DNA of 39,861 nucleotides from an uncultured Candidatus Saccharibacteria bacterium (GTDB lineage Bacteria > Patescibacteriota > Minisyncoccia > Minisyncoccales > RBG-13-42-11). The position numbers were made by a program, and so were the translations under genes. This document shows, piece after piece, positions 1 through 7,430 of the stretch; the first letter of the stretch is position 1, and the number at the start of each line of letters is the position of its first letter. Under the pieces are notes generated by a model. That model searched no databases. It was not told where the DNA came from and worked only from the letters and a program-made list of their open reading frames with translations. The stretch spans positions 1-39,861 of the forward strand of contig CAZEZZ010000001.1 of the NCBI GenBank assembly GCA_964515885.1, written 5' to 3'.

Positions 1-181
1 AGACGTTCTGGACTTTGAAAAACAAGTATCTAATTTTTTAGACCAACTAGAGCAATCACTACCAGAGAGTGAGGTTATAGATGATGATTATAGTATAGGC
101 AGAGTTTTAAGCGTATTAGGCATAAATTCGTTAAATTTTGCAGAAAAGATAATCATAGTTAAAAAAGGAGCAGGGAAATGA
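1..181 (+). CDS. hypothetical protein, 3' part of an ORF entering from the left edge
   Basis: Frame 2 is open from nt 2 to TGA 179-181. The stop overlaps the next ATG (ATGA). It joins in frame with the ORF begun at 39800 if the window ends are joined. Confidence 0.5.
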   Translation, partial: DVLDFEKQVSNFLDQLEQSLPESEVIDDDYSIGRVLSVLGINSLNFAEKIIIVKKGAGK

Positions 182-372
182 TTAAGAGATTTATGTGTTA
201 TATACTAGGGCATAGGTGGGAAGCTGCCGTTTCTTATACAGAAGAAGCCAAAAGAAAAAAAATTAAAGCTCTTGAGGATATGCTAATATTTGGGACAGGT
301 GAGTATAAAACCGAAAGTAATGATATTAAAAAAATAGAAATTAAATGTACTCGCTGTGGTAAAACTAAATGA
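178..372 (+). CDS. small Cys/His miniprotein (C-x3-GH-x-W near N-terminus, CxxC at C-terminus)
   Basis: AGGAG sits 8 nt upstream of the ATG. 64 aa, MCYILGHRW...CTRCGK. From memory it resembles DUF1660-type small phage proteins (unverified). Confidence 0.55.
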   Translation: MIKRFMCYILGHRWEAAVSYTEEAKRKKIKALEDMLIFGTGEYKTESNDIKKIEIKCTRCGKTK

Positions 373-473
373 AACTAGCCTACATAGTATTAGTAGTTAT
401 ATTTGCTATTATTGCCAGTCCTTTTATAGTAGGCTGGTGTGTTATAGACGCATTGATAGAGAGGTATAGATGA
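369..473 (+). CDS. 34-aa hydrophobic peptide (one predicted TM helix)
   Basis: Below the ORF-track cutoff. ATG 369 overlaps the preceding stop (ATGA) and its TGA overlaps ATG 470. Sequence: MKLAYIVLVVIFAIIASPFIVGWCVIDALIERYR. Confidence 0.4.
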   Translation: MKLAYIVLVVIFAIIASPFIVGWCVIDALIERYR

Positions 474-703
474 TAATTCCATGTGAGTTATGCGGTAAGC
501 AATCAGAACAACGCCATCATCTATTTAGCCAGACAAAATGGGCTAGAAAGTTGTATGGTAAGCTCTTGGATAGACCAGAGAATATAATGTACCTATGTTC
601 GACGTGCCATTTACAGAAAGCCATACCTAAACTAAGCGAGAGAGAGTTCTGTCAAAAACTTGGCATAGAGGTACGAAGTAAAACAGGGAGAAGTAATGGC
701 TGA
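470..703 (+). CDS. minimal HNH-like zinc-finger nuclease-type protein
   Basis: CELCGK...RHHLF...N...CSTCH gives a CxxC...HH...CxxCH arrangement typical of small HNH proteins. GAGAGG SD upstream. Confidence 0.5.
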   Translation: MIIPCELCGKQSEQRHHLFSQTKWARKLYGKLLDRPENIMYLCSTCHLQKAIPKLSEREFCQKLGIEVRSKTGRSNG

Positions 704-1037
704 ACATAAAATACAATATGCCATAGTAGAGCTATTAAGGTACTATAAGATATTAGTAGTGGAAACTGATATAATGAGTGGGCTTAGGTATTTCGGCAGT
801 AAAGACCCTAGAAGGTTTGCTTTTATAAATCACCATAAGAAGATGGGTTATGTTAAAGGACAGCCTGATTTAATATTGATACTTAAAAATGAAACTGTCT
901 ATGTAGAAGTCAAAGACAAGGGTAAGCAATCACCAGAGCAGATAGACTTCCAGAAAGAAGTAGAGTCCAGAGGACAAAGGTATTTAGTATGGGATAGTTT
1001 TGAACAAGCCGAGAAGTTTTGCAAGGAGGAAGTATGA
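696..1037 (+). CDS. VRR-NUC domain PD-(D/E)XK nuclease
   Basis: GQPDLILIL...VYVEVKDKGKQSPEQIDFQ carries the D...E-x-K core plus the S-x-x-Q segment characteristic of VRR-NUC. The start overlaps the upstream gene end. Confidence 0.8.
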   Translation: MAEHKIQYAIVELLRYYKILVVETDIMSGLRYFGSKDPRRFAFINHHKKMGYVKGQPDLILILKNETVYVEVKDKGKQSPEQIDFQKEVESRGQRYLVWDSFEQAEKFCKEEV

Positions 1038-1369
1038 AAATAGACCAAGAGGCAACGGACAAGATAGCAGAATTGGAAGTTAAACAAATTGTTAACTATC
1101 TCCATGTTTCAGATGAGCCTATAGATAAGATGTGTTCAAGATGTTATAAAAACTTAAAAGGTATAGACTGTTGGTTTATAGATAATAAATATGTATGCGT
1201 TGAGTGTAGTGGGTATAACCAAATCAAGGGCTACTGCAAGGATTGTAAGCTTAACCAGATATGTTGTAAAGATAATGGTTGTGGCTACTGTTCAGAGTTT
1301 GAGCCAAAGGAGGGGTTAGTTGAAGATACACAAGAAGCAACACAGATATACAGACGGCGTATGGTGTAA
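1034..1369 (+). CDS. Cys-rich hypothetical protein (multiple CxxC pairs)
   Basis: ATG 1034 follows AAGGAGGAAGT and overlaps the VRR-NUC stop (ATGA). The track start at 1019 lacks an SD. Motifs: CSRC...CVEC...CKDC...CGYC. Confidence 0.6.
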   Translation: MKIDQEATDKIAELEVKQIVNYLHVSDEPIDKMCSRCYKNLKGIDCWFIDNKYVCVECSGYNQIKGYCKDCKLNQICCKDNGCGYCSEFEPKEGLVEDTQEATQIYRRRMV

Positions 1370-1541
1370 GTGTAAAAAACCAATACTTGTAACATACAGA
1401 TGGGAGAAGGTTACATGCCCTAAGTGCATGAGTCATATCCCTGGGAGGCAACAGCTTAATCTATATATAAAACGTAGGTATGGAAAATCTTATAAAAAAG
1501 CACTAGAAAAAAACAAAAAACCTGCTACCATTATATTATGA
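1320..1541 (+). CDS. zinc-ribbon miniprotein (TTG start)
   Basis: TTG 1320 lies 4 nt after AAGGAGGGG. CKCKK...CPKC, with a basic C-terminus. It overlaps the previous ORF by 50 nt, so the start is uncertain. Confidence 0.45.
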   Translation: MKIHKKQHRYTDGVWCKCKKPILVTYRWEKVTCPKCMSHIPGRQQLNLYIKRRYGKSYKKALEKNKKPATIIL

Positions 1542-1735
1542 GACTTAAAAAATGCCAGAATTGCAAACATGCTATGAAAGAAGATGAGACAACGATACTG
1601 TTCGTGAACGGTGATAAATCTTACTTCTGCTGTGACATCTTTGGAATAATAGAAGATGGGGCAGAGTGCTTTGAAGTCAAGAGAAAAAAGATAACCGAAC
1701 AGTTTTATACTAAAACCATGATGGAGGCAAATTGA
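1538..1735 (+). CDS. Cys-rich hypothetical protein
   Basis: ATGA overlap with the upstream stop. CQNC...CC...C pattern; 65 aa. Confidence 0.55.
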   Translation: MRLKKCQNCKHAMKEDETTILFVNGDKSYFCCDIFGIIEDGAECFEVKRKKITEQFYTKTMMEAN

Positions 1736-2085
1736 AAGACTATAGCTTATTAGAACTAGAACAGATGCTATACAATCTATGCCATCACTGTGAGAAAGCC
1801 GATGGTGAGTTCATCAAAGCTGAGAATGATTTCGAGTTACTAAACGATGTTAAGAGTATCGTCTTTGAACAGCTAGTAGAGAAACAACCAGAGGGTAAGA
1901 CCAACCTAAGAGAGCATAACGCTAGGCTTAGTGACGAGTGGATTGAATGGATTAAAACCTTCGGAGTGATACGATACGAAAAGAAAAAAGCAGGACTTAA
2001 AAGAGATAAGTACCGCAGAGAATATACAACTTGCCAGATGATTCTATCAACTAGAAAAGCTGAACTAAAAACTTTATTGACATAA
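1732..2085 (+). CDS. hypothetical protein
   Basis: TTG start in a TTGA overlap, 5 nt after TGGAGG. 117 aa, helical and charged. No motif recognised. Confidence 0.55.
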   Translation: MKDYSLLELEQMLYNLCHHCEKADGEFIKAENDFELLNDVKSIVFEQLVEKQPEGKTNLREHNARLSDEWIEWIKTFGVIRYEKKKAGLKRDKYRREYTTCQMILSTRKAELKTLLT

Positions 2086-2104
2086 CTTAATATATGCTTA
2101 TCAT
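2077..2104 (+). promoter_or_regulatory. sigma70-like promoter candidate (TTGACA-16-TATCAT)
   Basis: Perfect -35 at 2077-2082, 5/6 -10 at 2099-2104, 16-nt spacer. It sits just upstream of the HTH gene and would give a very short leader. Confidence 0.35.
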
Positions 2105-2120
2105 ATAGATAGGGGTGTCT

Positions 2121-2315
2121 ATGAAAGAACCACGACTTCTTAGAATGGTAGAGGTATGTGCTCTCACTAGGTCATCAAAACCAGTCATTAAAATGATTAT
2201 CCACAGCGGAGAGATTAAAGCTACAAAGACTTGGTTCGGTGCTAAGTGCCGATATTATATTCCTGAATCTGAAATAGAAAAAATAAAAGAAATAAAAAAG
2301 CGGGATAGTTTTTAA
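2121..2315 (+). CDS. small helix-turn-helix DNA-binding protein (MerR/excisionase-like HTH)
   Basis: LLRMVEVCALTRSSKPVIKMIIHSGEIKA...YYIPESEIEKI matches the short HTH_17/excisionase-type pattern. ATG 2121 follows AGGGG; GTG 2115 is an alternative start. Confidence 0.55.
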   Translation: MKEPRLLRMVEVCALTRSSKPVIKMIIHSGEIKATKTWFGAKCRYYIPESEIEKIKEIKKRDSF

Positions 2316-2325
2316 GCTACCCCGC
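2300..2325. terminator. hairpin at the convergence point of the two arms (bidirectional terminator candidate)
   Basis: GCGGGATAG...CTACCCCGC forms a 9-bp stem with one mismatch and a TTTTTAAG loop. It overlaps the stop of the last plus-arm gene. An A-run lies 5' of the stem but there is no U-tract 3' on the plus strand. Confidence 0.5.
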
Positions 2326-2345
2326 CTCATAATCTTATGCAAATA

Positions 2346-3161
2346 CTATGTAAGTGTTACTGCATGTCCATTAAAGAATTCTGTCGCTGTGGCATCAAAA
2401 TCACCTGCTCCACCACCTGTGGCTGCTGACCTTGAATTGTCTTCTGTGTAATAAGTATTACCCATAAAGTTGTGTAGCTGTCCTGCTCCGCCACCAGTCG
2501 TCTGAGCCTGGCTTTGATAGTGACAATGTGACATGTTGAATACAAACGCTTTAGTAGCTGTACCAAATGCGAAAGCATCTCTACATTCCATACCAAAGAT
2601 GTTCAAGTAAGAATCTGCATTATCAAGAGTAAAAGTTGTCGCTCCATCAATGTAATGCAAGAAAGGATTACCAGCGATTGTAATGTAAAGTTCTTCTGAA
2701 ACGTCTGTGTTATCTATATCAATAGATACTCCACTGACTGAAAAGAATGAACAGTTCTGAAAGTCAATGTTCATAGCTTCTGCCAATCCACCATCATTGT
2801 CGATTTCAACAGCGTCGCCTGTGCTAGTATTATAAAACTTTATGTTTCTAGCTTTATAAAACTGAGTAGTTGCTGTGCCTGTTGCTGGCATGTTTATCAG
2901 TACTGTAGATGTTGCAAGAGCTGATGCTATGATAACATCCTCTGCTGCGCCCATACCCATTAGTGTTAGGGGTTTTGACCAGTCAATCTGTGTAGTAACA
3001 GTGTAAGTTCCTGGCTCGAAATAAATAACATCGTCAACTTGAGCTGCATCTAGTGCGCTCTGTACATCGTCGAACATAAAGGTTGAGTTGTCTTTACCTA
3101 CGACTGTGATTTTTGAGCCTTTAAGTCCTGACCCAAATTTGTAACCTGAATAAGTAGTCAT
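2346..3161 (-). CDS. right-handed beta-helix (pectate-lyase-fold-like) tailspike/depolymerase candidate
   Basis: AAGGAGG SD. The N-terminus FDDVQSALDAAQVDDVIYFEPGTYTV...LTLMGMG is the typical cap of pectin-lyase-fold proteins and is followed by repetitive beta-rich sequence. Last gene of the late arm. Confidence 0.55.
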   Translation of the reverse strand: MTTYSGYKFGSGLKGSKITVVGKDNSTFMFDDVQSALDAAQVDDVIYFEPGTYTVTTQIDWSKPLTLMGMGAAEDVIIASALATSTVLINMPATGTATTQFYKARNIKFYNTSTGDAVEIDNDGGLAEAMNIDFQNCSFFSVSGVSIDIDNTDVSEELYITIAGNPFLHYIDGATTFTLDNADSYLNIFGMECRDAFAFGTATKAFVFNMSHCHYQSQAQTTGGGAGQLHNFMGNTYYTEDNSRSAATGGGAGDFDATATEFFNGHAVTLT

Positions 3162-3245
3162 TTTGCTACCTCCTTTTTAGATATGCTCCTTGGAGCGGAG
3201 ACAAGAGATATTACTCCTACTTGTCCCTCGTTTGCGGTGTTACCG

Positions 3246-3362
3246 CTATAACGCTAATGAGTGAATAACTGCTCTACCAGTTACGGTAAAGATAGTAACG
3301 TCACCACCCTGTGCTAGTAACATCTTCGGCGTTTCTGCTATTTCTAAATATGGTTGAGCCAT
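3246..3362 (-). CDS. 38-aa ORF of unknown function (possible gene remnant)
   Basis: ATG 3362 is preceded by GGAGGA. Sequence: MAQPYLEIAETPKMLLAQGGDVTIFTVTGRAVIHSLAL. The longer track ORF 3246-3488 overlaps the paralog gene and has no SD. Confidence 0.35.
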   Translation of the reverse strand: MAQPYLEIAETPKMLLAQGGDVTIFTVTGRAVIHSLAL

Positions 3363-3373
3363 GATAAATCCTC

Positions 3374-3718
3374 CTATAAGATTGAATAAACAGCCGATAC
3401 CATCGCATCTACTGTTGCACCAGTGCTGCCTCCAGAAGTCGTAGTACAAGCAAAGCTCAAACCACCACTCATAAACACACCACCACAAATGTCCATCATC
3501 TCAGTACCACTTGCTAAAATCGGCAAAACAAGTGTTGGGACTGTCGTTCCTAGTGTTACACTAGCTGCTGGTAAATTAAATATTTGTAGGTATCTAACCG
3601 CAGCATCATTATTTTTAACATGTACTGTCTGCAAATAACATGGTGTTGCTATTGCCTGTTGTACTGTATCGTCAACTGTTGCATTGTAAAAAGGTACCGA
3701 ATCTCTATTTACTCTCAT
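3374..3718 (-). CDS. 114-aa beta-rich protein, paralog B of a tandem pair
   Basis: AAGGAGG SD. 83/114 residues are identical, without gaps, to the 3954-4298 product by hand alignment. Confidence 0.7.
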   Translation of the reverse strand: MRVNRDSVPFYNATVDDTVQQAIATPCYLQTVHVKNNDAAVRYLQIFNLPAASVTLGTTVPTLVLPILASGTEMMDICGGVFMSGGLSFACTTTSGGSTGATVDAMVSAVYSIL

Positions 3719-3866
3719 CTTTTTCTACCTCCTTGTTCGTCTGTGACACCCAATTTAATAATTTGTTTACGTCGTTGATTATGCCTAGCCCTTTTCCTTT
3801 TAAGGCTGTGTCGCATACGTTACCAAGTACATCTACAACTTCATCTGGAACTTTTAAGTTCTCCAT
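3705..3866 (-). CDS. 53-aa hypothetical protein between the two paralogs
   Basis: ATG 3866 follows AAGGAGGA; the track start at 3893 lacks an SD. MENLKVPDEVVDVLGNVCDTALKGKGLGIINDVNKLLNW... The 3' end overlaps the start of paralog B by 14 nt. Confidence 0.5.
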   Translation of the reverse strand: MENLKVPDEVVDVLGNVCDTALKGKGLGIINDVNKLLNWVSQTNKEVEKDESK

Positions 3867-3953
3867 AAGTAATCCTCCTTTGAATAAAAGCAAACTATCT
3901 TTTCAGTAGCAAGACTTTTATAATAATATTTCTCTCGTATCTATAATTCACAC

Positions 3954-4298
3954 CTATAAAACTGAATAAACAGCGGACACCATGGCATCAAATTTAACAC
4001 CTGTCGCCCCACCTGGAGTCATTGTACAAGCAAAGCTCAAACCTCCACTCATAAATACTCCACCTGGTATTTCTAACTTAGCACTAGCACTTGAAAGGAT
4101 AGGTAGAACAAGTGTTGGAACCGTAGTGCCAACTGTTATACTGGCAAATGGCAGGTTAAATATCTGTAAGTATCTTGAGTCTGCGTCACTATTAACAACA
4201 TATACAGCTTCTAAATAGCAAGGTGTACTAGAAGCCTGCTGTGCAGTACCATCAACTGTTGCATTATAAAATGGGTAGGCGTCTCTGTTTACTCTCAT
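3954..4298 (-). CDS. 114-aa beta-rich protein, paralog A of a tandem pair
   Basis: TAGGAGGA SD directly after the tail-fibre stop. Same length and 73% identity to 3374-3718. Confidence 0.7.
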   Translation of the reverse strand: MRVNRDAYPFYNATVDGTAQQASSTPCYLEAVYVVNSDADSRYLQIFNLPFASITVGTTVPTLVLPILSSASAKLEIPGGVFMSGGLSFACTMTPGGATGVKFDAMVSAVYSVL

Positions 4299-4307
4299 AC
4301 TATCCTC

Positions 4308-6149
4308 CTATCTTGCAGTTCCGTATATTGTTATATCGCTTACCGTTATTGCCTTACCTGCGGAACTAGCATTAGACACCCAAAACTCGAAGTAATCATT
4401 TTCGTTCATTTCTTCTATGAACATCGTGAACCCAAATTGATATGGTGTTCCACTCGTTTTAGTTCTAACATAGTAAGGACTTATTATCTCACCAGTTCCA
4501 TTTGCCTTTACGCCAATATATAAGTTCTCACCGTTTGCGTTTACAGACATATTACCATTTACAAACAATACACCACTAAACGGATATGGAGCTAGGTTTG
4601 TCATTCTATTTGAAGTACCTGCTGCTGTGTCACCAACTTTAGATTTGCATACAAAAAAACTTGGTATTATTTCTATAGTAGTAACACTTGTTAAGTTTGT
4701 AGCGTCGCCACTAAAAGGATATTCAAACCCCTCACCACCAGTGTCAAATCTAATAGTCCATTCTTTGTTAGCAACTTCCTCTGTTACTGTTACTGCTGTT
4801 ACAGTCGCTAGAGCCTGAACCGCTGTTTGTATATTTGTAACTGTTGTTGCAGGTGTTGCGTTCCAAGCTATTGCGCCAGTTGTTAAAGCTCCTATCGTTA
4901 ATGTAAAAGTACCGCCCGTTGCAACTGCATCACAATGAACGTGCATTAACTGTCTAAATCCTGCTGCTCTATAATAGACATCTTTAGTAGTACAAGTTGT
5001 GGCGGCTGTGCCGTTACTTAGGTTAATCTTAAAGTATGGCGTCTGGTCGGATATACCTATACATGATTTAATCGTTATCCCTGCGTCCCTTGCGTCTTGT
5101 CTTGTAAAATCAAATCCAGATACGAAATCACCAACATAATTCCAATCACAACCAATTATTGAAAACCTGTCATCAGGAACGACAGTCGTGCCATCGTATT
5201 CAATTCCAGTACCAGCAACTGGGCATTTAAAAAGAATACCTGATATTAACGTACTCTGATTAACAGATGCTGATACAAAGTCTATACCCACTGGGATATT
5301 CTCTATTGTACCAATCTCTGTATCTAAATCTCCTGTACCTGTGTGGTTGATTTCTATAGCTGTAGATGTACAGTCATAGAAATAATAGTTATAGACAAAT
5401 AAATCCATACCTACTAAGTCTTGAACAACTGTGTAGAATGTATCTACAAATATGTCTGTTATCTCTGAGTATATGCTAACAGTTGTGTCGTTCTTTATAA
5501 ACACCTCTGTTGATAAATCACCATAGTTTGCAAGTGTTGAACCAGTTACCCCCATTTTATGGAAGTCGCAGGCTGACTGTAAATCAAACATTGGTTTACC
5601 TGTAAGACCTGTACTTGCATCTAAAAACGTGACAGCACTACCTAGTCCACAAATGAATAGGTTATACGAACCGTTATTGACAGTTATTGTATCTGCTACT
5701 AAGTGATGGCAAGCGTCTATTAATATCTGTGTATCACAAGTAGCACTAGCATTGAACCAATCCACCGCTTCTTTTATTGTAGCGTAGTCACCACCATCTC
5801 CAACCATTATCCTGTTCTCTAATGCTGGCTGGTCTCCTGTATTAGTTCCTGATGTTGAGCCGCTTATATTTCCTGCTGTTATATCTCCTACTATTGTTAA
5901 GTCAGTTCCATCATAAGTAAAGCCTGCACTACCACCAAAAACCCCACCATCGTTAAATTGAATTTGTGTATCTGCACCAGCAGGGACAAACGCTGCGACT
6001 ATTTCGTCATATACATATTTCTTAATTGATTGTTGAGTAGCACACGCTCTGTCTGAATCAGAGGCAAAATCATCCTCATCTAGCACCTTATTAGTAGCTA
6101 TCCATTCTCCAGTAAAAGGGTCAATAGACCAAGTTAATCGTATTGCCAT
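4308..6149 (-). CDS. tail fibre / tailspike protein
   Basis: The N-terminal DEDDFASDSDRACATQQSIKKYV motif and the SGTNTGDQ motif are both common in phage tail fibres. They are followed by a GGDYATIKEAVDWF beta-helix-cap-like segment. TAATG coupling to the upstream gene. Confidence 0.8.
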   Translation of the reverse strand: MAIRLTWSIDPFTGEWIATNKVLDEDDFASDSDRACATQQSIKKYVYDEIVAAFVPAGADTQIQFNDGGVFGGSAGFTYDGTDLTIVGDITAGNISGSTSGTNTGDQPALENRIMVGDGGDYATIKEAVDWFNASATCDTQILIDACHHLVADTITVNNGSYNLFICGLGSAVTFLDASTGLTGKPMFDLQSACDFHKMGVTGSTLANYGDLSTEVFIKNDTTVSIYSEITDIFVDTFYTVVQDLVGMDLFVYNYYFYDCTSTAIEINHTGTGDLDTEIGTIENIPVGIDFVSASVNQSTLISGILFKCPVAGTGIEYDGTTVVPDDRFSIIGCDWNYVGDFVSGFDFTRQDARDAGITIKSCIGISDQTPYFKINLSNGTAATTCTTKDVYYRAAGFRQLMHVHCDAVATGGTFTLTIGALTTGAIAWNATPATTVTNIQTAVQALATVTAVTVTEEVANKEWTIRFDTGGEGFEYPFSGDATNLTSVTTIEIIPSFFVCKSKVGDTAAGTSNRMTNLAPYPFSGVLFVNGNMSVNANGENLYIGVKANGTGEIISPYYVRTKTSGTPYQFGFTMFIEEMNENDYFEFWVSNASSAGKAITVSDITIYGTAR

Positions 6150-6418
6150 TACGTCACCGTAGCTGTAAGTAAGTCACCAGCAATATCGTATGTCATTGTC
6201 ATTGTAGCAACTGTAGTACCACCTGCCCCGCCTTGCTTGTACACAATAGTACTCATCTCACCAATAGCTGCACCTGCAAGAATTCTAGTTATGGCAAGAT
6301 AGTCTGCATTGTAAGGCATTATCTTAGAGTCAGTTCTGATAGATTTACCATCTTCAGAGTGTACCTCTCTCAATACCTGCATCCAATCTCTTTCTGTTAA
6401 TGTTTCAAATACAGCCAT
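6149..6418 (-). CDS. hypothetical protein (89 aa)
   Basis: ATG 6418 follows AGAGGAATA and overlaps the lipoprotein stop (TAATG). The track start at 6445 lies inside the upstream ORF. Confidence 0.55.
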   Translation of the reverse strand: MAVFETLTERDWMQVLREVHSEDGKSIRTDSKIMPYNADYLAITRILAGAAIGEMSTIVYKQGGAGGTTVATMTMTYDIAGDLLTATVT

Positions 6419-6642
6419 TATTCCTCTATTCCATAGTACAGGCAATAAGCCTCATACAGTAAGTCATAATCTACCATGGGCATACAAATATGGTCACCAT
6501 CTCCAGTAACTATAATATGTGAACCCTCATTGTCGTACTTATAATACCCACTAAAGCCATGTGATGGCTGAGGAGGTGTCGCACAGCTAGCGACTAATAC
6601 GCTTATTAGCAGCATCAAGATTACGAGTGCGCTTAACTTCAT
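6418..6642 (-). CDS. lipoprotein (outer-membrane spanin or exclusion lipoprotein candidate)
   Basis: MKLSALVILMLLISVLVASC is a signal peptide with a lipobox (V-A-S-C). AAGGAGG SD. It lies next to holin and endolysin genes. Confidence 0.6.
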   Translation of the reverse strand: MKLSALVILMLLISVLVASCATPPQPSHGFSGYYKYDNEGSHIIVTGDGDHICMPMVDYDLLYEAYCLYYGIEE

Positions 6643-6751
6643 CTAGCACCTCCTTGATTTGTTTCTTAATCTTTCTATCCTTGGCACCAGTAAGCCAGTT
6701 ATAAACCTGCTTACCATAGTCAATAATAGTAGTTATCGTATTTAGTGTCAT
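6587..6751 (-). CDS. 54-aa ORF overlapping the lipoprotein gene start
   Basis: Below the ORF-track cutoff. ATG 6751 overlaps the holin-like stop (ATGA). MTLNTITTIIDYGKQVYNWLTGAKDRKIKKQIKEVLDEVKRTRNLDAANKRISR. It runs 56 nt into the lipoprotein ORF in another frame. Confidence 0.35.
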   Translation of the reverse strand: MTLNTITTIIDYGKQVYNWLTGAKDRKIKKQIKEVLDEVKRTRNLDAANKRISR

Positions 6752-6930
6752 TTTTTTTTAATGCTAAATTTAGACAACCAAGCAACGATAGCTTTCAAAG
6801 TCTTGTCAGGCTGGTCGCCAGGTATTATACTAAACAACACAACTAATGCTGCAAATACAGCAGTAATCGCACCAAGTAATCCTTGCCAGTTAGCCAATAG
6901 CCATTTTCCTACTTCAATAATTGTTCCCAT
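6748..6930 (-). CDS. holin-like small membrane protein
   Basis: AAAGGAGGA SD. 60 aa with one strong TM segment (LLGAITAVFAALVVLFSII) and a basic C-terminus (KFSIKKK). Immediately downstream of the endolysin. Confidence 0.5.
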   Translation of the reverse strand: MGTIIEVGKWLLANWQGLLGAITAVFAALVVLFSIIPGDQPDKTLKAIVAWLSKFSIKKK

Positions 6931-6942
6931 AATGTCCTCCTT

Positions 6943-7320
6943 TTAATAGACCCAAATAACATCTTGTGGATGAGTTGTTGAAAAATCAAAATGAATATAT
7001 TCCTTTGCTATTCCCATCCGTTTACAACCTACCCTTACAGCCGCCTTAATCAGCTCAAATCTCTCGTTACTATCATGGCACTCTATATCCATGGCGTAAG
7101 TATATCCGTCCTCTTGTGGGGTATGTGATGACCCAGGAGAGCCACCTACCTTTCTGTTATGCTCCTCACACCTGCAACCTGATGTTACTATCATAGGCTT
7201 ACCATATAATTCTCTCATTCTATCAAAAAAATATAATACGTTAGGATTTAGATGGATTAGACCACATCCACACTTGCAGCTATATTCTGATATTCTAAAA
7301 TATTTAGGCTGATAGTTCAT
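6943..7320 (-). CDS. endolysin, zinc peptidase M15 family (VanY/Hedgehog-type fold)
   Basis: SGCRCEEHNRKVGGSPGSSH...YAMDI...IHFD matches the M15 peptidase signature SG-x-R...N...GG...S-x-H...D...H-x-D. Confidence 0.85.
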   Translation of the reverse strand: MNYQPKYFRISEYSCKCGCGLIHLNPNVLYFFDRMRELYGKPMIVTSGCRCEEHNRKVGGSPGSSHTPQEDGYTYAMDIECHDSNERFELIKAAVRVGCKRMGIAKEYIHFDFSTTHPQDVIWVY

Positions 7321-7430
7321 TTCTTCTTTCTACCTGTTCCTCTAGCTGGTAAAGGTGATGTCTTACCATATATACTAGCGTGTCGTTTCTTTCTCTCTGC
7401 GTTAGTTCTTGGTTTACCTGTTTTCTTCAT
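7317..7430 (-). CDS. 37-aa extremely basic peptide
   Basis: Below the ORF-track cutoff. ATGA overlaps at both ends (7427-7430 and 7317-7320). MKKTGKPRTNAERKKRHASIYGKTSPLPARGTGRKKK has 14 K/R in 37 residues. Confidence 0.4.
   Translation of the reverse strand: MKKTGKPRTNAERKKRHASIYGKTSPLPARGTGRKKK

Noticed and set aside
2121-2315. Excisionase-like HTH as evidence for a temperate lifestyle
   Set aside because: I recognise no integrase, repressor/anti-repressor pair or attachment site anywhere in the window. The fold is common in other small phage regulators.
3374-4298. Diversity-generating retroelement (template/variable repeat) interpretation of the 114-aa paralogs, prompted by the Mtd-like N-terminal motif of the adjacent fibre
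   Set aside because: Nucleotide differences between the copies are spread over all four bases and over the whole length, rather than being adenine-specific. No reverse transcriptase is present in the window.
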